A stretch of 64,000 nt of DNA from Obrimoposthia wandeli (taxonomy: Eukaryota). The notes under the pieces were generated by a model. That model did no database searches and was not told where the DNA came from. It saw only the letters and a program-made list of their open reading frames with translations. Position numbers and translations under genes: made by a program. Positions within the stretch are counted from its first letter, which is position 1. Each line of letters opens with the position of its first letter. Below are positions 1 through 10,879 of this stretch, piece by piece. The stretch lies in the NCBI GenBank assembly GCA_977020255.1, contig CDROCS010002188.1, positions 1 through 64,000 on the forward strand, given 5' to 3'.

Positions 1-816
1 CATTGTGCAACTCAGCCAGAGTCACAGGGTTCTCGAAGACAAGCTAGCGAGTCCAATATAAAACGCCACATCAGACACAGACATTAACCGGGCCATCATG
101 AAGGGCCGTCTGACGTACCGAGGGTGGTTCTTCATCCACCGCGCAAGGTGCGGGCGCATGAAATTGCTGAGGCCCCAGGACTGATATGGTCGCCCCATGC
201 AGGAAGGGATGCCAAGAGCGAGAGTCGATGAGCCATGCAATCGTTGGTTGTAGAAGCTCATAACAAACCTACGAATTCAAAGACGACATGATCTGCCGGG
301 AAACTGCAGGGGTCGCTGGAACTAAAATATCAGGACAGGTAACTCAAAGAGCTGACCCACTTATGTGTAGACGATAACGGAAACAGCCGCAGACCACGAC
401 CAGACATAACGATCGAGACTGACTATAGGTGATGCTGATAGAATCAAGATCCCGTTTGACTCTGACGTATCATTGATCTGAGGCTCACGAGAGCTATGTC
501 CAAATACGCGGGCTCGTTGAAATGCTAAAGACCACTGCAGAAAACTCTACGTGCAACTCTACGCGCTAAGGATCAGGACCCTCGGCTTCTGGCCTGAAAT
601 CAATAACCGGATCTTTGCAAATGCTGGTTTTTAAAGCAAAAGGAAATCAAAGGATATCAAGATCCGACTAACCTGAAAACCATCAGACATACAGCGGCCT
701 CGTGGGCTAAATTCTCGGAGTCATACAACTGGGATCCTGGATAAGTTGTCAGCCGAGGAGCTGGAGAAAGGTGAGGCCTGGAACTGTGGAAATAAAAAAA
801 AAAAAAAAAAAAAAAA
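1..816 (+). mobile_element. 3' end of an RLE-type (R2/NeSL-like) non-LTR retrotransposon with poly(A) tail, frameshifted
   Basis: Frame-hopping translation gives W-F-F-I-H-R-A-R, a CCHC knuckle CRKGCQERESMSHAIVGC (198-251), R-H-D (284-292), endonuclease motifs RPDITI (397-) and LIE-x-KIPFD (to 460), then TLGFWPEINNRIF; stop near 744, AATAAA at 791 and A23 at 794-816. Not in the supplied ORF track. Confidence 0.85.
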
Positions 817-1016
817 GCAACAGCAACAGCAAACAACAAACAACAGCAACCAACAACCAGCAACCAACAACCAACAACCAACAACCAACAATCAACAACC
901 AACAACCAACAACCAACAGCAACAGCAACAATCAACAACCAACAACCAACAGCAGCAACCAACAACCACCAACCTACAAACACAACCAGCAACCAACAAC
1001 CAACAAACAACAGCAA
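817..1016. repeat. Imperfect (AACAACC)n / (CAACAG)n microsatellite
   Basis: Direct reading; explains the poly-Q/N/T and poly-L/V/W ORFs at 657-1128. Confidence 0.95.
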
Positions 1017-1739
1017 TTTCGTGTGCCGAAAATGAGCCTTTTATCAATGATCCAACAAACAAAAAATAAAAAAAATTTGTTTTATAAATATCACAAGATA
1101 AAATAATAAAATCTGAAAACTTCGACATGGTCAGGAAGAGAGAAAAAATGAAGCGCAGGTAAACAGCAGATAATTATAACCTCCTGCAGGGGGCCCAAGA
1201 CGACAATTTTGGAGTTGCACGAAACTATGATGTCAACGAGGGTGCGCAAAGATACTGTCTGTGTATCAGCAAATTTGTAATAGCAAAGAACAACATTAGT
1301 CACAGAGGAAGCAGCAAATTCGTATGCCGAAAAGGCCTTTTATCAACAATCGAACAGATTTGTTGGGAGATTTGAATAGTGGTGGTCGAGTTCGAAATCT
1401 CGACATGGACGGAGGAGAAATCGTACCCGAGCAAAGCCTGCGGTCGCTTACGGGTAATGGCCGAAAGAGTGGCCCCGCTACAATCGAGACTGCCAGGGGC
1501 CTAAAACTGGCACCGACGATGACGTAATAGTACTGAAAAAGTACGCGGACCTACTCAAAGTTCAATAACGAAACCGAGACCCCCAAGCAGCTACTGTTAC
1601 TGCTACCGAGGGACCAACAGCATATTGAACCCGGACCTACGTAAAGTAGAAAGAGAGGCCCCTATAGGGGCCTTTTGAAAACAGATTGCATTCACATTAA
1701 TAAATATTTGTCAATAAATAATAAATAAATAAACAAATA

Positions 1740-4366
1740 TAATACTGATATCCCCAGTTAATGCCAACAAGATGAAGAAATATTTAAAAATCCTTTTGTA
1801 GATTTAATTTATAGGAGCAAAAATGAGGGTACTCAGGTCAACTTAATTTTGCTCGAACAGAATAATAAATTCCATTATGCTGCAATTCCCAGTTTAAATC
1901 GTCTTCTAAATTTAGATAATGGAGCCTTACCGGTTAGGATAAGGTGTAAGTGGTGTCATAGATGTTTGCATGGATTCCGATCCGAGCTCTCTTACAGCAA
2001 ACATCTGACATTATGTTCACTGAATCCTGATGACAATACGCTATATAGCATGCCTAAGGATAAGGATTTAAAATTCAGGGATTGGGCAAAATGCATACCC
2101 GTGGAATTCAGGGTGTATGCAGATTTTGAGTCAATTTTAGCATTGCACGACCAGTATGAGAGTATTCACCTACCGGCTTCGGCAGGACTACTATTCTTAG
2201 GCCCTAATATTACACAGTATCATAAATTTTCCGGTCCAAATTGTATTTTAGATTTTATGTTAAAATTAGAAGAATTAGGAACAACAAATGTCTAACCGTG
2301 GTATGATCCTAATGCTCATCAAGCAATGATCATGACAGGCATAGACTGGGTTAATTTTAATTCTTGTAGATTATGTTATTTGTGTGGAACCCAGTCTAAG
2401 TTAGTCAGAGATCACAATCATGTTACGGGGCGATACTTGGGAGCGGCGTGCTACCTCTGTAACCTTGGCCGTCGTCTCCCTAAAAAACCACGAATTCCCA
2501 TCGTGTTTCATAACCTTAAAGGATATGATTTGCATCATATACTTAAATATGCGTTGGGTACATAAGGCTCTTGGGAAATTTCATGTATACCTCAAACTTC
2601 AGAGAAATATTTATCTTTAACTGCATATACTGAATTCTGCAGTTTAAGATTCATAGATTCTCTGCAGTTTTTGAGCGGGTCTTTAAAAAATTTAACGGCA
2701 TCTTTAAATGCATGGCCAATCACACAGTCAGTGTTCCCAGCTTCGGTTAATGATAAGGGGATTTTTCTGTATAAATTTGCAAAAACTTTTGCAGATTTAG
2801 AAAATACAACTGAAATCCCTTCCATAACTGAATTTGAAAGTGTAAGTCTTCAAGACTATAATGAGGCCCGTACATTTTGGGCGAATAATTGTCGAAATCT
2901 TTTCGAATATATGCTTTTTTATATGAAATTATACATTTATCTTTTAGCTGATGTTTTTGAGTCCTTTCGTGTAAAGACTTTAGCAGAAAATGGGCTAGAT
3001 CCCATGCATTTCTTTAGTTTACCTGGTCTTTCATAGGCAACAGCAATAAAAACTCTTAAAATAAATATCGAGTTACTGCATGATCCCGCGATGTATCAAA
3101 TGTATGATTATGGTATACGCGGTGGAATGACTTTTGTCAACAAACATCATGTTGTCAAAAATCAATCCACGGAGATTCTGTACATCGACATTAATAATAT
3201 GTATGGGTGGGCGCTTACTCAACCTCTACCTCATGCCAACTTTAAGTGGGTTTATGATGAGGAAGAGTTAAATAAGTTGATGACAGATTTGGCTACTGTT
3301 GATACAGTTTCATCAGACATCGGCTATTTGGTTGAGGTTGACTTAACAATCCCTTCCAATGAACATGATAAATTAGATGATCTTCCAGTAGCGCCTGTTC
3401 ATCAATGCCCACCTAATTCAAAGGTTAAGAAATTATTGTTAACTCATGAAGACAAGTTGAATTATGTCGTGCTTCTTCAATTCTACTTAACGTTGGGAGC
3501 GAAAGTCACTCGAATTCATCGTGCTATAAGCTTCAGTCAAAACTTTGTGTTTAAAGACTATATTGAGAAGAATTCTAGAAAACGTAATTTGGCCACTAGC
3601 AAATTCGAACGGGATTTTTACAAGTTAAAAAGTAATAGCCTCTTTGGAAAAACGTTAGAGGACTTGCGGAAACGTATTTGTCTACGGTTTTGCAATGATG
3701 AGCGTAAACTATTAAAAAAAAATAGCAAGTACAACTTCAAGCGTAGTTTTACAATTGCAGATGACTTGGTAGCAGTGTTATTAGGAAAACAGAGTAAACG
3801 GTTTTAGACATTTCTAAACTCAGAATGTACGAGCTTCAATACATAGAATTGGAGAAATATCGACGAGAATTCAATTGTGAGATCAAAATCGCAGCTGGGG
3901 ACACTGACTCTTTCTTTTTAGAATGTAGGAATGTTAGTTTAGATAATCAATTATTAGCGGCAATGTTTAGGGACAACTTACTAGATACCCATAAATATCC
4001 CGCTAACCATCCTCTACACTCTATGAGTTTAAAGGACATTATCGGGAAATTTAAGGATGAAAGCGAGGACAGGTTTCGTATGATGATTGTATTTTCTTAC
4101 GCCATAAATGCTACAGTTTACATGCATCTAATAATACATGTTCAATGAGAGCAAAGGGTGTGGGAAGAAACAATCTTACACATGAGGCATACCGGAAAGT
4201 TTATGATACTGGGTGTATTGAAAGCGTTGAGCAAACTAGATTTATTTCAAGAGCCCATCAACTGTATTCCCATAAATCAACAAAAATCGCTTTGAGTAGT
4301 AATGACGACAAGCGCTTTTGGGTAGAAAAGAACGCTAGCCTGGCTTATGGACACTTCCGAATTTAA
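1740..4366 (+). pseudogene. polB: Protein-primed family B DNA polymerase of Polinton A
   Basis: EndoVII-like insert CYLCG..DHNHVTGRYLGAACYLCN, Exo II HNLKGYD, motif A YIDINNMYG, motif B KLKSNSLFGK, motif C AGDTDS, C-terminal DDKRF; one frame from 1849 to 3807 with in-frame stops at 2293, 2563 and 3034, then a deletion and frameshifts. Confidence 0.95.
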
Positions 4367-4630
4367 ACGGTTTTCATTTTTTGATTTTTTTAGTTTAGTT
4401 TTATAAAATTTTAGATCCTTATGGCACCTAGAATCTAACTTATTGTTAATTCAAAACATCTTTTAGGATGGACCTTATCTTTGCTGACAGACTTCATTGT
4501 GATGTTGTTTTTAATAAATGTATTAAAAAAAAATTCGTTTTATGTCTTTTATTATTTTACCCTTATATTTTTAGGGATTTAAAAAATTAATTCAAAATAA
4601 AACATTAAAAATATTTATTTTTATAACACA

Positions 4631-5011
4631 CTAATCGTTTTGCAACTATAACCATAAAATACATCAATGTCCACAGTTTCTCGTCGCAGGATCCTGATAT
4701 TGTATCTTGTTGTAAAATACTCTTCTTCGTCCTTTTTGAATAGTTGAAACAAGTTTGTGTGGATAATACATTGCAAGTGGATCAAATACATGTATTGTCC
4801 ACTCTCTAACATAAATAGCTATCCAATGTTCTCCTGGTAAATTCGAAGTATGAGTATTGATAATGTAACCTCCAGATTGAAAAAATGGAATCATATCAAT
4901 AGGATAAACTCCATTGAATTTATCACCCAAGACCTTCTCTGCTGATTCTTGTACTTGTACTGAACTAAATAAAAATTAATAAATATAAATTTTAAAAATG
5001 TCTTACTTCAT
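4631..5011 (-). pseudogene. Adenain-like cysteine protease of Polinton A, with a 42-nt intron (4965-5006)
   Basis: Spliced start MN-SVQVQESAEKVLGDKF; catalytic GEHW, VFDP, Q-DPATRNCG; in-frame stops near the C-terminus. Confidence 0.88.
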
Positions 5012-5012
5012 T

Positions 5013-6240
5013 CTATAATATGACAGTTCTGTTTTTATTGATTTGTATTTCGGAATCACACTCCGTAAATAAGCACCGTAGTAGGATGTGTTAAATCTGC
5101 ATTGAAATTAATTTCTAGTCGTAAATTTCCATCCTTTGGTAGTTGGCATTGGTTTATATCAAAGTCTGGTGCCAAAACAAATGTGAAGAAGGGGCAGCTG
5201 CTTTTAAACTCAGTGAAAGAAATGCCATTGTTTATATTTTTATCTAGTTGGCCCAAATTCCGAATAATAGATTGCGTATAAGCCAAAGCATAAGCTTTAC
5301 CTTCGAAATCTGTTTTATATGTTTCGCGATAATCAGTATTTCTTGAAAGTGTCACTGAACCTACATTAAGATTGTCAAATTGAGTTGCATCTGTCGTATA
5401 ATTTCCTAGAAACTTTGCAGTTTTTTGAAAAGAAATTAAAATGAATTTTGGTAATCTTACATCACCAAAAATTTGATCCTTATTAAAAGCTTGTGTACCC
5501 GTACCTAAAGAGTAGGATATAAGTTTAGTTTCTCTAATAGGATAACAAGCATTGTTTTTTTCCATTCCTATATTATGTGCCATTAAAACTGATTGCTCGG
5601 TTTTAACTCTTCGGACATACAATTTTGCATCCAAAATATCAAGTCTAGGTTTTAGAACGTCTGTGCTTATCAAAGAAAAATTCCATTTATTACGTTTCAA
5701 ACGAAGATGTACATTAACACCGGGAATTAAATATTTCGGTTGTTCAAAGAAATTCAATCTCAAAGACTCACACATTTCGTAAGCTTTAGAACCTGCAATC
5801 CATTCTTTGCGAGTTGCGACCGTTTTATCATAACCAATGGTTGCCAAATTGGTATTTTGTGTATCAGTACTATAATTCAAAAGACTTTCAATCAAAGCTT
5901 TATGAGCATAGGAAGAATTTCCATCTTCAATTTTGACATTATTAAGAGTAACAATGGCATCATTAAATAAAGAATTAAAGAGATAATTTACAGGTGTTAC
6001 ATCTGCATTTTCATCTAAATTAGTACCATTCCGATTTAATACTTTTATTTGAACATAAAGCAAAGTATCATTCAAATCTAAATACTCGCTATTGGAACCA
6101 TTAATATTAAATTCTAAATCGGTTAAAGTGGTTCCTGAAACTGAGTTAACTAGAAATATTTCTTCAAAGGAAGCATTATCTACAACTACTTGTGGAAGTG
6201 GTTTATCAAAAATACACAATTCAGTTTTGGCGCAACTCAT
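5013..6240 (-). CDS. Major capsid protein (double jelly-roll) of Polinton A
   Basis: 394-aa ORF starting MSCAKTELCIFDKPLPQ; restoring a 2-nt deletion at about 5058 gives C-terminus YGVFDSEIQINKNRTVIL, matching the second copy at 22011-23212. Confidence 0.9.
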
Positions 6241-6614
6241 TTTGCAAATATTGTTCCTTCAACATTCTTACGTTTGTTTATATTGATTTTTTGCTTCTTT
6301 TTACTTTTAAATCCACTACCTCCTTGGCTTTTATTTGATTTACGTTTTCTAATCAAATTAGCAACTCCAGGTAAAACATTATCAAGTTCATCAAGTGCAT
6401 GCTTCTTAAAAGTTGATATTAGTTTATTGTCCTTAGATGAAAGGTAGTCCTTTCCTAATTTTGATATAAATCGCCCGAGTCTCTTTAAAAGAGGAAAGGC
6501 AAATCTACCTAATGTTCTAAGCCAGCCAGATCCGTATTGTTTTCCAACAAAATACGGTAATTCTCCACCTTGTTGGCTTTGACTATAAGCTTCAATTATT
6601 GCTGGATTCGCCAT
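6237..6614 (-). CDS. Small basic core / membrane-active protein (adenovirus pX/pVI-like) of Polinton A
   Basis: Intact 125-aa ORF with QQGGELPYFVGKQYGSG, an amphipathic helix (WLRTLGRFAFPLLKRLGRF) and a Lys-rich tail; sits between minor and major capsid genes. Confidence 0.72.
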   Translation of the reverse strand: MANPAIIEAYSQSQQGGELPYFVGKQYGSGWLRTLGRFAFPLLKRLGRFISKLGKDYLSSKDNKLISTFKKHALDELDNVLPGVANLIRKRKSNKSQGGSGFKSKKKQKININKRKNVEGTIFAK

Positions 6615-7656
6615 TTTGTTTTCTTAAATGTATTGTTAAACTTGTCTTGGTCCCGTACGTGAAATCTATTAGTTGTCCGGAATCATCTCTAATATTTACT
6701 TCAATATTGTTTATAGAAAAGAGAGAAACTGAAAGATACATTGGTTGATCTATACACATGCCGACAGCGTCCCCATCTCTAGTTTCATTTTTAGATATCC
6801 ATATTGTTCTCAAAAGTGGAACTCGCTGTCCTCCTACAAGCGTTGGTTCTATTAAATTAGTATAAATATATAAATGATTAACAGCATTTAAATGTTTTGC
6901 CTTATTTTTAGCTTTTATGGTTTTTTATTATATGGGTTTCAAAGGTATTTCTGATTAAACCAAGGTTTTTAGCGAGTTTATCATCAAATAAAACTCGTAT
7001 TATATTGTTCTTTACTGTAAACGTTATTTTACCATTTTTTAATGTTACACATTTATCGAAATATTCACTACATTCCTTCTGTATTAATTTACAGAAATTC
7101 ACTTCACTATCTAATTTATAATCTTTTGAAAACATTTTCAGTTCCACTACATACTTTGGTCTCGTTTCAACTAAAAACACTTTTGTTACTCTATCAGGAA
7201 CATTTTTAAACGATTTAGATGAGGCTATATCAGATCTCTTCATACCTACTACATGTCCACTGTCAAAACCGAATTGAAGAGCTTCTCTATCAGATCCAAA
7301 TATAATTTGAATAGGTTTTAAAAATGTTTTAGTCTATTTTTAAATCTGACTTTGTTTTTTTCATATATTACTTTCACTTCTTTATCTATACAATTGTAAT
7401 AGAATTTTCCTTTACTATCAAACCCAATCACAACTTCAATTGATTTTTCATGATCAACTTCTTTTGTAAACGAAATATGGGAGTTTTTTCTGATAGTAAT
7501 TGGAGAATAATAAAAGGAAAATTCTGTTAAAGCCGCTTCCCATTCTCCTTGGAGATTTATAGGATTTTCCCAATCGATAATAAAGCTACTAGCGTAATTA
7601 TCTGGTTGAGTCTTCGGACATCCGTTACTAGGTAAAACCATATACATAGACTTCAT
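6600..7656 (-). pseudogene. Minor capsid (penton-like) protein of Polinton A, frameshifted
   Basis: N-terminus YMVLPSN..PDN..SSF...GEWEAALTEF; C-terminal block HLYIYTNLIEPTLVGGQRVPLLR..IEVNIRDDSGQLIDF..LTIHLRK; split over three ORFs. Confidence 0.85.
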
Positions 7657-8679
7657 ATTATATTAGATGCTGATATCCAAGTTGGATCTGAATAACCATT
7701 CCATTTAACATAGTATTGTTTATGTTTACCGGCACCCTTAGATTTTAATATTTTTTGAATACGGAAAACGCTAGGTTTATTTGATATTACTTGTAGTTCT
7801 TGCTCGTAAAATTTACCGTGAACGATATTATTGTCAGCATATTTAATAGTATACATTATTGGATTACTCTTTTGATCAATTTTACTTATACAAAATATTT
7901 CATCGCTCCAATTCTGATCAAAGTTTTTAATATATGGAGTAGAGCTAATTTTAGAAATTCGGACATATTCGTTTTTCTTATATTTAGCTTTTTTAATATT
8001 TTCTTTATTATTCCTGTTCATCTAAATATCCATAGAATTTTTATTAGTAACATCAAGAGGTCTCATTCCCTTGAGACCTCTATGTTCCGAGAGTGATTAT
8101 ATGCATGTATTATTTTAGGTAAAACTTGGATCCATTTTTTATTTCTTTCTTTTGTGAAATACCTTTTTATTCGATCTCTTAAAGTACGATTAAATCTTTC
8201 TACTTCTGCTGCTTTATACTGTGAAAACACAGAGTAGTGATTTATATTATTTTGTTTAAATAAAGATTGAACTTGCTTATTATAAAAATCTTTTCCTAAA
8301 TCCGTTTGCACATTTTGTGGAATGTCCTCTTTTAATATTTCTTTAATGGCTTCAAGCATAGCTATTGAAGACTTTGCTTTAACTGGAATTGCACGAACAA
8401 ACCTGCTAAATACATCAATACATGTTAAAATATATCGATATCCCTTATTAATGGAAGAATATATTGTTCTTTACTGTAAACGTTATTTTACCATTTTTTA
8501 ATGTTACACATTTATCGAAATATTCACTACATTCCTTCTGTATTAATTTACAGAAATTCACTTCACTATCTAATTTATAATCTTTTGAAAACATTTTCAG
8601 TTCCACTACATACTTTGGTCTCGTTTCAACTAAAAACACTTTTGTTACTCTATCAGGAACATTTTTAAACGATTTAGAT
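7001..8679. repeat. Identical 220-bp direct duplication (7001-7220 and 8460-8679)
   Basis: Base-by-base comparison showed no mismatch; the second copy caps the broken end of Polinton A. Confidence 0.9.
7653..8450 (-). pseudogene. Retroviral-type (rve) integrase with C-terminal chromodomain, 5'-truncated
   Basis: YILTCIDVFSRF, QTDLGKDF, VERFNRTL; C-terminal FRIQKILKSK..YYVKWNGY..TW; first catalytic Asp region missing; one frameshift and one stop between 8021 and 8063. Confidence 0.92.
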
Positions 8680-9842
8680 TTTTCTATAATGTAATCATAA
8701 TGTGATTCTTCACAATCATTTCACACATAATTCTAGTCAGAAAATGCATTATTATATCAACTGTATTTCATCACATAAAACTATACTTAACCTTTTTAAA
8801 ATCATATACAAACGTTAACTCTTATGACAATAAATATATATTTTATGTGGAGCTATAAATCACAATAATGCCCAATTCATCAAACACACACTCCGACATC
8901 GTCGATAAGAAACAAAGCACTGAAAAGCTTTCACAACATTCAAATCAAAATTTCAAATTATTGTGATTCAGCATTTGCTAATATCAAGGCAGCACTTAAT
9001 ACATTTATTTTATCACTTTCAAACACTTTCATATCACATATCTTAAACTAATATACTGACAAATTTAAATATCCATAATTAGAAATAATAAAAACAGAAA
9101 TAACAACATGGCGATAATATATTTAATATATCGCTAGAATCCAATAAATATATGCTTTATTACTTCAAAGTACTTTCAGTTTTTCTATTCAGGAGCTCTA
9201 TAAAAATAACTAACACTTTTCTTTGATTTGAATATAATTTTGACGGCTTTCTTCGAATTTTTGGCAAGCCACGTTTCTGATATATGTTTAAAAATTACTT
9301 TTAAATACCAGTATAACGTTTTAAAATTCATGAAATTTAATTTATTTAATCAAACTTGCGCTTCAAAGTATTAATGTCAACAATAAAACTTGTTTTTTGG
9401 CTATCTGCTTTAAACCTGGAAAATATTGAAAACAGTTGTTCATTAGATAAACTGGTATTAAGAAGGAAATCTCTGATAAAGAATGATCCCAAATGTTTTG
9501 ATACTCAAGTTTTACACCTGACCCACATGACTTAACTGTTAAGTCTTGCATTAATGCTATTGGGGATTATGACGCATGAGAATTTTGGCTTGTTTGAATA
9601 TTTTTTAGTGTACGTTGAAATATAAACTTTGAATAATCATGCGTCTTGTACTAGTATCAAATAATTTCTTGGAACAGTGTTGAAGCAGAATTCCCCTTTT
9701 TATATTACAGAATTCGTAGCAAAGTCGAACACTATCGTTAGCTTACTTTTATTGTGTCATAAAAATGGTCAAGATCCAAATTTTTAAAAATGACCCAAAT
9801 TATATAATTAGGAAGTGCTAATCAAACCAGTAAGATATTCAC

Positions 9843-10175
9843 CTGCATGGCCTCCATAGCCCGCAAGATAGTGGCCAGGCTCTGCACGATGTTGGCATAG
9901 ATGACAGGTATGAATTCCTTCTTCTCCAGTTCCTTATTGAAACCGCTGCCGTGGATGATGGTCATCTGCTTGAGCACCGTGGACTTGCCGCACTCACCGG
10001 CTCCCAACAGCAGCAGCTTGATCTCGCGCATCGCCTTCTCCTTGTCGGCACGCAGTTGGCGTTCGATCTCCTTGTTTTTGTTGCCCTGTACTGCAGTGCC
10101 GCCTACACCACCTTCCGACGTGTCCCCAGCACCACTCTGGCCGCTGCTTGTACTGTTGCTGTTAATGCATCCCAT
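9843..10175 (-). CDS. Heterotrimeric G protein alpha subunit (Gi/o-like), first coding exon (111 codons)
   Basis: MGC lipidation start, [20 protein letters not shown]-loop, [17 protein letters not shown]; donor CAG|GTGAAT at 9843/9842, phase 0. No downstream exon found in the window. Confidence 0.92.
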
Positions 10176-10879
10176 CCACGGTAAGAATATGCACTCAGAC
10201 ACAAACCCTCTTCTTATACTCGCCTTACCGGAGCATCATTGGCCGCCTGAGACCCGGCAATGCGAGACTGACGAGCAGGATATATCAGCTTCCGGCCACT
10301 GTTGACTGTGTGTGTGTTCTAATACTGTCCAGGAAACTGCCAGGCAGTATGTTAGTCAGCCATATACATTTTCTTTAGACTATTATGAATCACAAGCTGC
10401 ACCATATCTAGGACAAAATAGCTTTTAATGCAATACAAATTTTGCAGGTATCTAAACGATTATTAAGTTTAGTTAATTTACTACATTTGTAAAAAATATA
10501 TTTTCTTTCTGAAAATTTATATTTTAATAGGAAAACAATTTAAATTTTTAAAATTTTTTTTACAAATTTGAATGCAACTCGCTTGTTAATTCGAGTGCAC
10601 ATGTCAATCCTCGAAACTATTTACCGACAATATATTTAAAATATTAAATGTTTTATAATATATATGAATTCAAATATGAAATATTATTTATGTGTTTTTT
10701 ATGATTTTTTTGCATGAACATTTCAATTAAAAGTCAAATCACAAAATTAATTTTTTGATAATTTTTATCAAATTAAAATTTGATATTTTGAGGAATAAGA
10801 CTTCTTAGGAAGATCTTTGTAATTACGTATTTGATTGGATTTTCAAAAAAAAAAGATTTTAAGTGGAAAATTATGAACT

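Larger units (their letters stand above)
1740..8679. mobile_element. Polinton/Maverick element A (adintovirus-like), both ends truncated
   Basis: polB (+) convergent with a minus-strand cassette INT - minor capsid - pX-like - major capsid - protease; no terminal repeat and no packaging ATPase found. Confidence 0.93.

Noticed and set aside
657-1128. Overlapping poly-Q/N/T and poly-L/V/W ORFs
   Set aside because: They are translations of the poly(A) tail and AAC microsatellite, open on both strands because the repeat lacks stops.
5552-6447. Plus-strand ORFs over the capsid gene, and similar antisense ORFs at 7800, 9901, 20276, 29986-31159, 34705, 42805, 45229, 57794-58180
   Set aside because: Shadow frames of genes or exons better supported on the opposite strand.
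9843-10175. G-alpha as Polinton cargo
   Set aside because: It lies outside any terminus, has host-like GC content and a normal splice donor; no capture evidence.
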